A stretch of 64,000 nucleotides of DNA from the human T2T-CHM13v2.0 reference genome, Homo sapiens. Where the stretch lies: NCBI RefSeq assembly GCF_009914755.1, contig NC_060929.1, one strand, 5' to 3'. A program made the translations under genes and the position numbers. How positions within the stretch are numbered: the first letter of the stretch is position 1; the number at the start of each line of letters is the position of its first letter. A model generated the notes under the pieces. It saw only the letters and a list, made by a program, of their open reading frames with translations. It made no database searches and had not been told where the DNA came from. Positions 46,505-59,789 of this stretch are shown here, in pieces.

Positions 46505-47560
46505 TCCTCTTCAGCACCTGTTGTTTCCTGACTTTTTAATGATTGCCATTCTAACTGGTGTGAGGTGGTATCTCATTGTGGTTTTGATTTGCATTTCTCT
46601 GATGGCCAGTGATGATGAGCATTTTTTCATGTGTCTTTTGCCTGCATAAATGTCTTCTTTTGAGAAGTGTCTGTTCATATCCTTCGCCCACTTTTTGATG
46701 GGGTTTTTTTTTTTCTTGTAAACTTGTTGGAGTTCATTGTAGATTCTGGATATTAGCCCTTTGTCAGATGAGTAGATTGCAAAAATTTTCTCCCATTCTG
46801 TAGGTTGCCTGTTCACTCTGATGGTAGTTTCTTTTGCTGTGCAGAAGTTCTTTAGTTTAATTAGATCCCATTTGTCAATTTTGGCTTTTGTTGCCATTAC
46901 TTTTGGTGTTTCAGTCATGAAATGCTTGCTCATGCCTATGTCCTGAATGGTATTGCCTAGGTTTTCTTCTAGGGTTTTTATGGTTTCAGGTCTAACATTT
47001 AAGTCTTTAATCCATCTTGAATTAATTTTTGTATAAGGTGTAAGGAAGGGATCCAGTTTCAATGAATCATGCTGCTATAAAGACACATGCACACGTAAGT
47101 TTATTGAGGCACTATTCACAATAGCAAAGACTTGGAACCAACCCAAATGTCCAACAGTGATAGACTGGATTAAGAAAATGTGGCACATATACACCATGGA
47201 ATACTATGCAGCTGTAAAAAATGATGAGTTCATGTCCTTTGCAGGGGCATGGATGAAGCTGGAAACCATCATTGTCAGCAAACTATCGCAAGGACAAAAA
47301 ACCAAACACCGCATGTTCTCACTCATAGGTGGGAATTGAACAATGAGAACACATGGACACAGGAAGGGGAACATCACACACCGGGGCCTGTTGTGGGGTC
47401 GGGGGAGAGGGGAGGGATAGCATTTAGAGATATACCTCATGTTAAATGACGAGTTACTGGGTGCAGCACACCAACATGGCACATGTATACATAAGTAACA
47501 AACCTGCACGTTGTGCACATGTACCCTAAAACTTAAAGTATAATAAAAATATTTAAAAAA
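46505..47560 (+). mobile_element. L1PA4/5-like insertion with 5' inversion (twin priming)
   Basis: 46505-47061 is ORF2 on the minus strand ([10 protein letters not shown]...GNNRC); 47064-47560 is the sense ORF2 end, 3'UTR and A-tail. Confidence 0.93.
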
Positions 47561-47858
47561 ACAGTATAGAGGTTCCTAAAAAATTAAAAATAGAACTACT
47601 ATATGGCCTAGTAATTAAAATAATTAAAAATAATTATTACAGTAAATTTTAAATTATGTGTTTTCTACCACAGCAAAAATAAATAAAATTAGGTATCATG
47701 AATAAAAAATTATTTTGTATTTTAAATATTTACTTTGAGTAATTTAATGCTTTGGCACATGCATGCATGTAAACTTTATCTCTGTCTTTCTGTTCTCCCT
47801 GTTTTTGTTTATCTTTCTGTCTGACTCTGTATAATATCCATTCAAAATTTTAATGGTG

Positions 47859-48582
47859 AGATACCATCTTACACCAGTCAGAATGGCTACTATTAAAAAG
47901 TCAAAAAATAACAGATGCTGGTGAGGTTGCAGAGAAAAGGGAACACTTGTACACTGTTGGTGGGAATGTAAATTATTTCAACCATTATGGAAAGCAGTAC
48001 GGTGATTTTTCAAAGAGCTAAAAGTAGAACTACCATTTGACCCAGCAATCTCATTGCTACGTATATACCTGGAGGAATATAAATCATTCTACCATAAAGA
48101 CACATGCACATGAGTGTTCAATGCAAAACTGTTCACAATAGCAAAGACGAAAGTCAACCTAAATGCCCATCAGTGACAAATTGGGTAAACAGAATGTGGT
48201 ACATATACACCATAGAATACCAAGCAGCCATAAAAACAAACGAGTTCGTGTCTTTTGTGGGAACATGGATGGATCTGGACACTATTATCCTTAGCAAACA
48301 AACACAGAAACAGAAAACCAAATACCACATGTTCTCACTTATAAGTAGGACCTGAACGATGAGAACTATGAACACAAAGAAGGAAACAACAGGCACTGAG
48401 GTCTACTTGAGGGTGGAGGTTGGGAGGAGGGAGCGGAGCAGAAAAGATAGCTATTGGGTACTGGGTTTAATACCTGGGTGATGAAATAGTATGTACAACC
48501 CCCCCGTGACACAGGTTTACCTAGGTAACAAACCTTCACATGTATCCCCAAACCAAAAATAAAAGTTAAAAACAAATAACAA
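47859..48582 (+). mobile_element. 5'-truncated L1PA15/16-like element
   Basis: ORF2 end and 3'UTR CTACTTGAGGGTGGAGG...; TSD AAAATTTTAATGGTG/AACATTTTAATGGTG. Confidence 0.9.
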
Positions 48583-49079
48583 AAACATTTTAATGGTGCA
48601 AAAATCATAAACCAGCTTTGTAGAACTGCCCCACTTTCTTCATCCCCCTACCGATGGACTTGACATTTCAGTGTAGCAACTGTTTTTGCTTCTCTGGGGG
48701 AGATATATGTCTGTGTTACAGAAATCTGTTAAAAAACTATTAGTGTTAGTAAGAGTGAAGCACTTTGGCATCAATAATTTAGCCATTCAGGCTTTCAATA
48801 TTGCTTGAGAAAAATAGACTTGACCTTTGTCCAAGGACTGCTGATTCAGACTTTTTAATGACTTCTCATTTATTTCATTCCCAATGCAATTCCATGACTA
48901 TGCAATAACTTCAGCATCTCCAAAGCAGAGTCTGTAAATTAGAGATTATTTCACAGAGAACTGAGATTTGCAAGGACCTACATGGTGATGATTCAGAGCA
49001 GGTCATAGAAAAACAATAAAAAGTTTTTCTACAACTTGCATACCCTTTTGTATAATTTGTTCCTGATTGGCCCCCTATG

Positions 49080-49440
49080 ACTATTTGAACATATGACCAC
49101 AAATAATTTGACACTCCTCCCATTGAGAAGTGAAGTCTGTGTTTCTTTCCCTAGAATCTTGAGTGGGTATGTGTCTGCTTTACCAGCAAAGTATGATGAA
49201 AGGATATTAGAAGCCCTCTGAGGTTAGGTCATAAAAGACCCTGCTGCTTCTTCCTTGTTCAAGGGGATGGTCCGTCTAGAGCACTCAGACTCCACTGAGA
49301 CCACATGCTGTACAAAAGCCATGACTTGTGAAGAGGCTATATGCGTGCTCTCTGGAAGATAGCTTCAGTTGAGCCCAACCTTTAAGTCATTCCACTACAG
49401 GCACCAGATGTGGAGAAGAGGCCAGCTGTGGGGCTAATTA
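49080..49440 (+). mobile_element. MLT1 (G/H-like) LTR fragment
   Basis: ACACTCCTCCCATTGAGAAGTGAAGTCT...GAGGTTAGGTCATAAAAG. Confidence 0.65.
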
Positions 49441-49481
49441 GCAGCCAACACTCACAGCAGTAGGTTTACATGGTCATATGG

Positions 49482-50165
<684 letters not shown>

Positions 50166-50320
50166 GGTCATAGTTTTTGCAACCTTTGCAAGAGTAAAAT
50201 ATTTCAGTTCAATTGGAAAAATAAAAATCTCTGTGTATTGTGTTCTGGTATTGTATTCAGGAATTTTTTTCCTAAGAGAAAGCCCCTTAAATCTTCAAGG
50301 TAAATATTACAACCTTCTCT

Positions 50321-51037
50321 TGTTACTGTAGGTAGTCAGGCAGACATGAGCAAGGCAAGAGAGGGCCCCCACAACCAGGAACATCAGGTGACTATCAAGT
50401 GATGGTTGTTAACTTTTTCTCTAAAATAATAATTGGTTGCAGCCAACTCCAGGGAAAAGCAGTCTCCCAATAGATAGAAAAAAACTAAAACTGGTAGTTA
50501 GCAGCTTCCTGATAAGATCTTAGGAGTTCAGCAAGTGGGCTCAAACATGTGCATTAAGAGGCAAAATGGCAGAGTTTAACTAGTATATGACCTTCTAGGG
50601 ATGTTTGACTGGCAAGGGAAGAACACCTCAAAAGAGCGTGTGTACAAGCCCAGTAAAGACACTGCACATGTGGCCCTCTCAAGTGCTGGCAGTCCACTGA
50701 GCATGCGGACAGCCCACCCCAAGGGAAGTATCATGGGAGAAGGAATGCAAGACCCTGGAAGCATGACAACATATGAAACCTCAAGTCAAAAGGTCAAACT
50801 ATGCACCCAATCTCTCAAGTTGCCTGCTTGGCCCAATTCCGAGTACACTTTACTTCCTTTTGTTTCTGCTCTAAAGCTTGTTACTAAACTTTGATTCCTG
50901 CTCTAAAACTTGCCTCACTCTCCTACTCTGCCTTATGCCTTTTGGTTGAATTCTTTCTTCTGAGGAGGCAAAAATTGAGGTTGCTGCAGACCCGTATGGA
51001 TTCACCGATTCACCAAAATTGTTCCTATGGGTAACAA
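50321..51037 (+). mobile_element. MER50 ERV1 solo LTR (3' boundary uncertain, 51010-51037)
   Basis: TGTTACTGTAGGTAGTCAGGCAGACATGAGCAAGGCAAGAGAGGGCCCCC start; GCAGACCCGTATGGATTCACC near the end. Confidence 0.88.
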
Positions 51038-51568
51038 TTTTACATACAGGAAACAAACTCTAAGATCAGCAAATGGTGCTCCTAATTGAGCAGCAGTAAA
51101 TAAGGTAGGAACAGGGTTTCAAATCCAATTTTTATTACCACAGAGTTTATTACCTTCATAGAATGCTGCCATTTAAAAAACAAATAGAGAAAATATGGAA
51201 ACAACAAGTATCCATGAATGCTGTATGTAAACATTTATGTGTATTTTTGTCAGGTTTGTTGAAATACTAATATTTAGGGCTACTACATTTTCATTTTTGA
51301 GCCCTCAAGTTTTGGACATTTGATACTGCAGTGAAAGGTTTAAAGAACTGCAGAAAACTGAAAAGAAATCTTGAGGTAGTTGGCATAAACTGGAAGCTGG
51401 GGGGGTTGATTTTCAGGAGTGGTGGGATGAACTACAGGCTGATCTTAGCTAGTTTGACAGACTGGAAGTAGATTGCTTTAATTAGGTGAGAAACGAAATG
51501 AAAGAGGCTGCCTGAGGCAAACTGGGGGTAGGGAATGGGGAGGAGATATAGATAAAAGTACCTTATAC

Positions 51569-51905
51569 CAGAAGTCTCCAACCCCTGAGCTGTGGACTGG
51601 TCCATGGCCTGTTAGGAACCAGGCCCCACAGCAGGAGGTGAGTGGTGATGGATGAATGAGCATTACTGCCTGAGCTCCACCTCCTGTCAGATCAATGGGG
51701 CCATCCGATTCTCATAGGAGCACAAACCCTATTGTGAAATGTGCACGCAAGGGATCTAGGTTGTGTGTTCCTTATGAGAATCAAACTAATGCCTAATGAT
51801 CTGAGGTGGAAGAGTTTCATCCCAAAACCAACCCTCCCAACCTTCCATGGAAAAACTGGCTCCCATATAACTGGCCCCTGGTGCCATAAAGTTTGGGGAC
51901 TGCTG
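51569..51905 (+). mobile_element. MER1B hAT-Charlie MITE
   Basis: TIRs CAGAAGTCTCCAACCCC / GGGGACTGCTG; 8-bp TSD CCTTATAC/CCCTACAC. Confidence 0.9.
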
Positions 51906-53989
51906 CCCTACACAGCTAAAGACCTAGACCCAGCCTAGTGGTTGAGTCAACATAAATCTGAGGTGGAGGTAAGGGGTGAGAGAGAAGTAGCTACCGTCAA
52001 GGCAACATGAATGCCCACACTCCTGCCTATCATACAATGCAGTTGATCATCTTCCTGAGGCACCTACCAATGCCCAGTGCCCTGCCCCAGATGGAGGAAG
52101 CTAGGGATGACCCAGGCACAGAGGCAGCAGCAGGGTCATTGTTGGAGCAGCAGCCCAGGCCTTTTCTGAATGGGGCACAAATTTTCTGGTCCATGACGAT
52201 CACACAAAGGAGATTTTTTGCAATCACACACAAAAAGCAGGGAGATTAAAATTGTGAGATATCCCAGAGCCCTAACTCCTAACACCCCCCAAACATGTTT
52301 TTCAGACAGGAGGAGGATGATGGAATGTCTGAGAAACTGAAGAGCTCTTGTTTTTCTTGACCGACCCTACCTCCATGCCTGGAGAAATAGGTTCAGTTTC
52401 GTGAATCTGAACACAGCACCACATTTTTGCATTCTTCTCTCCAGAGGGGAGGACTGCATTGGTCACCCCTTGCTTTATCTCAGGAATCTTGAGAGATCGG
52501 AGAGTTTTACGGGCAATAACCCACCCCCAATTTTTTGTAACTCTAGTTTTATCAGCTGCTCCTGAAGAGGACTCCATAGGGTCTCTTTGCTTCTTTCTGT
52601 CTCCTTGAGCCACATGTAAAAGCCTAGGAATTTGCCCAGAGTTTGGAGTAGACATAAATTCTGTGATAATCTCCACAGATTAGGATTTGACCAAGAGGTT
52701 AGTTGTGAAAAGGTTCCCAATAACAAGAGGGTAGTGCTGTATTGTACAGAATTTAGAGAGTGAAAATTTTTCCAAGCTTCGAGTCGGGGCTACAGGCAGA
52801 ATGAAAATGCAAATTTCAGACTCCTAGCCCAGATCTGCTGGGTCTAATTAAAAATGCATTTATTATTGACTTGCCTTAAGGGAAAAGAGTACAATATATA
52901 ATAAGTCTCTCTTTGCCAAGTCAGGCATCAAAGATATAAAAAGGTAACCCTGGGGAAAGCTTTAAAAATTAACAATGCTGAAATGAAGAATGTTTTTAGA
53001 TATTTCCATGTGTGTTTTTGCACCAACCTGATATACGCTAAGTAACTGAAAGTCTTAGGAAGGCTCTGAAAGTGTCAGGATTGGAGATGAACTTAATACA
53101 ATGTAGTAATAAGTAATATTCTCAAATAACTTTTATTTTAAAGGGTATTTGAAATGATCAATGCCAAATACATTGTCCTACTTTCTGTAAGAATGGTTCA
53201 GTCAGAGCCACCACTAACCTACATAGTGGCTTTCTGGGAATTAGAAAATAATGTCCCTTGTGGGTGAAGGCAGCACATGTGGCACTCAGCTGGTGATGGG
53301 CAGCAAAAGCTGGTTTCAGTTCCTCATTTGGCCTCAGTGTGCTGTTGCGCAGCAATATGTAACAGCTCTGGTTAAGTTAAAGTAGGTTAGGAACTTACTC
53401 CTGAGTGGGTGAAACTTAGGTGTGAAGTCTCAAGAAATGTGTATGATTTGGTTTGTGAAGAAATCTCTTGATTCTGCAGAAGGCTTCATCAATGCCAGCC
53501 TTGGACATATTACTTAATGACTGTATCTCTAGTCCTCAAATAATTTCTCCCACTAACTTTCAAGAACTTTAAAAAATATTTTTCCAAGTCCATGGAGGAG
53601 GAGAGTAAGGGCCAAGGCATAGGCTTATAGTGTCCTGATCAGTTATTCATTTACCTCTCAACAAAGATTTCCAAAATGGAATTTGCATTGTCTTGGGTAC
53701 TTTACTTGCTTTCAAACACAGAAGAGACTCTCTTGAAAGAGGCTATCACACAGATTTTACAAGTCAGAGGTGTTGCCTTTGCTAATGTGTTTTCAAAACA
53801 GGGGGGAAATGCAATCCTCCCTCCATCTGGAACTTCAGGTAGAATATGAGAAACAGCTGAAAGCATAGAGTAAAAATCAATGTTAAAAGTAATGTGAATG
53901 GATGGATAGCTGATATTTTAATAGTTCTTTGGGGGCATATTTTATGCCTATAAACTAATGCATAATCATGATAAAACCTTCAGACAATA

Positions 53990-54480
53990 GAAAATTTGTA
54001 TGGTAACAAAGGAAACTCCCTTGCACCATTTCCCAAATCCTACTCTTCTCACCAGAGGAAAGCAATATTAAATGAATGAATACTTCTAGATTTTTTTCTA
54101 AGAAATTACACACACATATCTTTAGATACTATTTAAGTAAACATTTGTATTAAAGTAGAACATACATATACAAAAGTATACATATCATAATTTATAGATC
54201 AATGAATTGTTACAAAGTGACCACCAATATAATCATCACCCAGACCAAGAAACAGAACAGTATCAGTACCTCAAAGGCCCCCAAATGTTTCCTTTCTATC
54301 TATATATAATTTTTATATATAAATGCAATAATAAGGTACACATTTTTGTGCCATTTACTTTTTCCACTTAAGATTTTTATGCCAAGAACATATATACTTG
54401 TTACAACACTGTATAATTTTCCTTATGGACTTAATATAAGTAATATTGCCTCATTAACAGATATTTAGTTTATTACATTG
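53990..54480 (-). mobile_element. Ancient L1ME-like 3' fragments
   Basis: AATGAATTGTTACAAAGTGA...ACCCAGACCAAGAAACAGAACA. Confidence 0.55.
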
Positions 54481-55005
54481 ATCTTGTATGAAATTTTAAG
54501 CTGAGAGTTTTCAATTCTTTATTTTACCAAATAAAAATCATTCTTTTGAATCTTTATTAAAAAAAACTCCAACTTTGCTAACTAATAATTTTTCAAACAT
54601 AAAAGTGCAATAACCCACAGATCAATAAAGGACTTCCAGAAGCCATTCATGGCTTCCTCTGAGTAATCTTTGTAAATACTGCTTAGTGACAAGACAAGCA
54701 GATTTTCTTGGTTCCTTGTTTCTCCCTCTCTCACAGGGGCAGGAGTGTCTGGCCAGCGCATGAAGAATGCTAACCCATGCTGCAGGTTGAGTCTTAGAGC
54801 CAGTACTGTCTGGGAAAGAAGATTCTGATTTGTAGCGTTTGCCAAATGCTGTGATATCTATACTCCCACCATGACTGATTTCAATTGACCAACTTGAAGT
54901 CACTGAACGTAGAGTTGGGAGAAGATGCAAATAATTAGCTCTTAAGAGCGGCTGCAAGATGCCTTCAACATGCCCCTGCCTGGGGTCCGGAGAGAAGAGA
55001 GCAAG

Positions 55006-55703
55006 TGTAATCACCTGATGGGTTCTTTCTGACCACTGCACAGACCAAATTAACTCACTGGGACCATGGTACTGCAGTAGAGGAAGAGTTTAATTGACAC
55101 AAGGCCAGCCCGTGCTGGAGAACTGGAGTTATCACAGAGGTTTTCAAGGATTGTTGGTGAGCCAGAGAGTAGGGAATGGGTGCTGTTGATTAGTCAAGGA
55201 TGTCATCACAGGGTTGTGAGAAATAGTCCTTCTGTGCTAGGTCCACCTCTGGCTGGGGCCCCAGGACTGGTTGAATCATGAACCGGGAGTCCAGGTGGGG
55301 GTCAGCTGATCTTCAGAAATGTAAAAGTCTGAAAACACAACTCAAAAGGCCAATCTTAGGTTCTGCCATAGTGATGTTATCTACAGCAGTAATTGGGGAA
55401 GTTACAAATCTTGTTAATTCCAGAACAATGGCTGGTTATTTTGTCGTTTAACTATGCCTACATCTTGGCAGGCTCCTCTCCTAATCCTAACTTTGTGGCT
55501 TTTCATTAGTTTTACAAAGGTGGCTTAATTTTAAGAAGGACTATTAATATCTTTGCTTTAAGGTTAAACTATAAACTAAGTTTCTCCAAAAGTTAGTTTG
55601 GCCTATACCCAGGATTGACCAAGGACAGCTTGGAGGTTAGAAGCAAGATGGAGTCAATGATGTCAGACTATTCTTACTGTTGTAATTTTGCAAAGGTAGT
55701 TCA
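55006..55703 (-). mobile_element. LTR8-family (LTR8B-like) solo LTR
   Basis: Reverse of TGAACTACCTTTGCAAAATT...GACTCCATCTTGCTTCTAACCTCCAAGCTGTCCTTGG...TTACA; perfect TSD CAAG. Confidence 0.9.
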
Positions 55704-56306
55704 CAAGGAAAAGCAGGAAAAAGAGCCAAATGGACCATGAATGAGTGCTTGTTTAAAACAGAAAATAAAATAATAATAACAAAAGGAGTAGAATGGAGAT
55801 CGGAAATAATTTTCAACGGTAAATTGAAATGAAGAAACTCCTTGGGTATTGCTTTGAACAGGAGTGGAGTGTCCAAGGAGTGCCTTTTTGTTCTAATCAG
55901 TCACATGATACAGGGTACATGAGTGCTTGAGCTGCCCACTCAACAGGTCAATTTTAACTTTCTATCAATATAATAATCCTGGGTTATAGAGGAAATATGT
56001 ATATTGTGGAATTTCCCTTCTTCATGCCTGTGACAATCAGCAGAGAAAAGAAATAACGTCACCCCAACCCCACACACAAAACAGAAATTGAGACAAGGCA
56101 ATTGAATAGAGTGTTTCTCCAAACGAACTGCCTTTAGTCGAGACAAATTTATTTTGTGCATACCATATACCAAGGGCTGTTCTTGATGTTCAGGGAAACT
56201 GGTAATCAAGAAAGAGCAAGTTAATAGAAGAGAGCCTTGAAAAGTAAAGCAAGTTTGGGAAGGGGAAGAATACTTGTTTAGCACCTTATCATTAAAATAC
56301 GATGCT

Positions 56307-57430
56307 ATCGGAAAAAAAACCTTCTAGACATTGGCTTAAGCAAAGACTTCATGACCAAGAACCTAAAAGCAAATGCAACAAAAACAAAGATAAATAGATG
56401 GGACTTAATTAAACTGAAAAGCTTCTGCACAGCAAAATAAATAATCAACAGAGTAAACAGACAACACACAGAGTGGGAGAAAATCTTCACAAATTATGCA
56501 TCCAACAAAAATCTCCAGAATTTACAAAGAACTCAAACAATTCAGCAAGAAAAAAATGAATAATCCCATCAAAAAGTGGACTAAGGACATGAATAGAGAA
56601 TTCTCAAAAGAAGATATACAAATAGCTAACAAATATATGAAAAAACGCTCAACATCACTAATTATCAGGGAAATTGAAATAAAACCACAATGCGATACCA
56701 TCTTACTTCTGCAAGAAGGGGCATAATCAAAAAATAATAGATGTTGGTATGGATGTGGTGAAAAAGGAACATTTTTATACTGCTAGTGGGAATGTAAACT
56801 AGTACAACCACTATCAAAAATAGTGTGGAGATTCCTTAAAGAACTAAAAGTAGAGCTACCATTTGATCCAGCAATCCCACTACTGGATATCCACCCAGAA
56901 GAAAAGAAGTCATTACACAAAAAAGATACTTGCACATGCATATCTATAGCAGCACAATCCAGAATTGCAAAAATATGGAACCAGCCCAAAGGTCCATCAA
57001 TTAATGAGTGGATAAAGAAAATGTTGTATATATATATATAATCTCCAGATTATATGTGTATATATATACATGCCATGGAATATTACCCAGCCATAAAAAT
57101 CAATGAAATAATAGCATTCACAGCAACCTGGATGGAACTAGAGACTCTTACTTTAAGTGAAGTAACTCAGGAATGGAATGGAAAACCAAGTGTATGTTCT
57201 CACTCATAAGTGGGAGCTAAGCTATGATGACCCAAAGGCATAAAAATGATACAATGGACTTTGGGGACTCTGGGGAAAGGGTGGGAGGTGGGTGAGGGAT
57301 AAGACTATACATTGGGTACAGTTTACACTGCTTTGGTGATGAGTGCCCCAAAATCTCAGAAATCACCACTAAAGAAGTTATCCATGTAACCAAACACTAC
57401 CTGTTCCCCAAAAACCTATTGAAACAAATA
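56307..57430 (+). mobile_element. 5'-truncated L1PB (L1PB1-like)
   Basis: CTAGACATTGGCTTAAGCAAAGACTTCATGACCAAGAACC; 3'UTR AAATCACCACTAAAGAAG; TSD-like ATACGATGCTA/ACATGATGCTA. Confidence 0.9.
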
Positions 57431-57649
57431 ACATGATGCTAGACTGAGTGAAGGAGCAATTGATGGCTAGTGTAGGGACTTAAAGCCTTCTAAGCAAGAC
57501 GTAAAATCCAGAAGCCAGGAAAGAACTGATACATTTGATTCATAGATAAAATTTCTAAGTTGAAAAAGTATACTGTCAACTAAGTGTAAAAAACAAACAC
57601 ACATATTTCACATTGCAAGGGTCATTCTCCTGTTGATAGCTCTTACTAA

Positions 57650-58516
57650 CTCTATTACTTTTCTGTCACTGCCTGTATTCATTTGCCAGTGCTACCATAA
57701 CAAATATCACAGACTAGGTGGTTTAAACAATGGAAGTTCGTTTTCTCACAGTTCTGGAGGCTAGAAGTCCAGGATCCAGGAGCCAGTAGAGTTGATTTCT
57801 GGTGAGGCCTCTCTTCTTGTTTTGGAGACAGCTACCTTCTTGCTGTTTCCTTACATGGCCTTTTCTCCAAAAATAGTCACTTTGGAGGCTAGAGATTTAA
57901 TATGTGAATTTTGTAAGGACACAATTCAGTCTATAATGCTGCCATAAAAATTTACACAAACTTAGCAGCTTAAAACAACAAAAATTTTTTATCTCACAGT
58001 TCTGTGAGTCAGAAGTCTGGACTGGCTCATCCAGGTTGGTTTCTCTGCTTGGGGCTTCACAAAGATGAAATCATGGCACTGTCTTGCTGGGCTGTTATCA
58101 AGAGGCGTTGGGAGGTATTTCCCAGCCCAGCCAGGTTGTTGAAGAACCCAGTCCCTTGTAGTTATGGTCCACTGTTTCCTTGCTGGTTGTAATCTAGGGG
58201 CCACTCTTGGCTTCTACAGGTTTCTGTCAGGTCCTTGCCTGTGGACCCTCCACATTGGCACCAACAACAGTGCATCAAAGCATTCTCATACCTGGAATCT
58301 CTTTGATTTCTTGTTATATTTTTATGGTTTTAAGGGATCATGTGATTAGATTGGGCCCACCTATGTGAACCAGGATTATCTCCCTATTTAAGGTCTGTAG
58401 CCTTAATCATATCTGCAAATTCCCTTTTGCTATGTAATATAAAATGCTCATAGCTTCCAGGGAGTAATACATGAGCATGAACATACAATAGGGGGCCCAT
58501 TATTTAATTTACCATA
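57650..58516 (-). mobile_element. MLT1D/E-like LTR hosting a nested LTR
   Basis: AAACTTAGCAGCTTAAAACAAC...TCTCACAGTTCTG...TGATTAGATTGGGCCCACC. Confidence 0.8.
57674..57938 (-). mobile_element. MLT1A-like LTR (internally deleted) nested in MLT1D/E
   Basis: TCTCACAGTTCTGGAGGCTAGAAGTCC...GGACACAATTCAGTCTATAA; perfect 5-bp TSD CTGCC. Confidence 0.85.
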
Positions 58517-58632
58517 ATAGCATCTATATTAGAGCTTCAACAATGGTGAGCGAAGAATTTAATTTGTTCCTGACTTATGAGAATAGCTCTAGCATTTCCT
58601 CATTCAGCATAATGCTGGCTTTTGACTTGAAA

Positions 58633-58652
58633 TGTGTGTGTGTGTGTGTGTC

Positions 58653-58683
<31 letters not shown>
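58633..58683. repeat. Interrupted (TG)n microsatellite
   Basis: Direct reading. Confidence 0.95.
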
Positions 58684-59118
58684 ATCTGACTTCTCTGTAT
58701 TAAAAACATTCATTTATTCCTATTTTCTATTTTTTTAAATCAGTAATGGATGTTCAACATCATCAAATGCCTTTTTGGCATTATTACACTTACTTTTTAT
58801 GTAACTAACCTATTTGTCTCGTTTATAAGTTTTCTTGTTTGTCATTGGAATTAATCCTTTCTATGTTCTGGAACTATTTACTAGTTACACTAGTTATCTG
58901 TTGTTTAAGAACTTAAAAGAACTAATCTTTAAAACCATTAGGGCTTGGCACATTTTGAGGGAGAATTTCTTTGACAATTTTCCTAATTTTTTCCCTCTTT
59001 TTAGGTCTTGTTATATCAGTGCTTCCTTTGAAATAAAATTTTAAAAAATCTAGTCTGTTACTACAGTTTTTCATATTAAACATCTATATACATACATTGA
59101 ATGCACATGATAGACATG

Positions 59119-59134
59119 TATATCTATCTATCTA

Positions 59135-59167
<33 letters not shown>
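59119..59167. repeat. (TATC)n(TA)n microsatellite
   Basis: Direct reading. Confidence 0.95.
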
Positions 59168-59170
<3 letters not shown>

Positions 59171-59489
59171 TATTTAAAGGTTTTAATGTGTCCAGTGGAC
59201 TTTCTTCTTGCCCACTTTTTTTCTGGGTGAGATTGACAATACTACTACCCATATGGGGACAAAGTATGTCTACACTGTTTTAGTGATTCATAGTAGAGAA
59301 ACATGTCTCTCAAAAGTATGTTCATGGTAATGGAAATGAGATGTTAAAGCAATTTCATCAAGTTCTTGGTATTAATTTTTAACTTTCCCAAAAGGATGAA
59401 AATAAAGCTATATTTTCAAAATCTATCTTCAATTTTTCATTAGTATTCAATTCTAACAACTTATTCTTTAAGGTTATACATTTATAATA

Positions 59490-59631
59490 CTTTTTAAAAA
59501 TGTTTAATTAATTTTTTTTTGAGCCAAAACCTCACCATGTGCTTGCCCAGGCTAGTCTTGAAATCAAGTGATCCTCCTGCCTTGGCCTCCCAAAGTGTTG
59601 GGATTACAGGAATGAACCACTGTGTCCAGCC
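59490..59631 (-). mobile_element. FLAM-like Alu monomer
   Basis: Single left arm CCCAGGCTAGTCTTGAA...CCCAAAGTGTTGGGATTACAGG; TSD TATAATAC/TATAATAT. Confidence 0.85.
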
Positions 59632-59789
59632 TATAATATCACTTGATGAAAGACATAGATTCAAAACTAATCCACTACCTAGAATGGATCTTCTTTTGAC
59701 CCAAAAGAAAATTCAAAACATCTTATCAAGTTTGGAAGGTATTTAGTATGATAACTTTTTGCAAGTGTGCAGTATTCAGATTACTAACG

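Noticed and set aside
51950-52750. Possible coding or lncRNA exons in a GC-richer unique stretch
   Set aside because: Only generic AG/GT signals; ORFs show no recognisable homology; cannot be supported without transcript data
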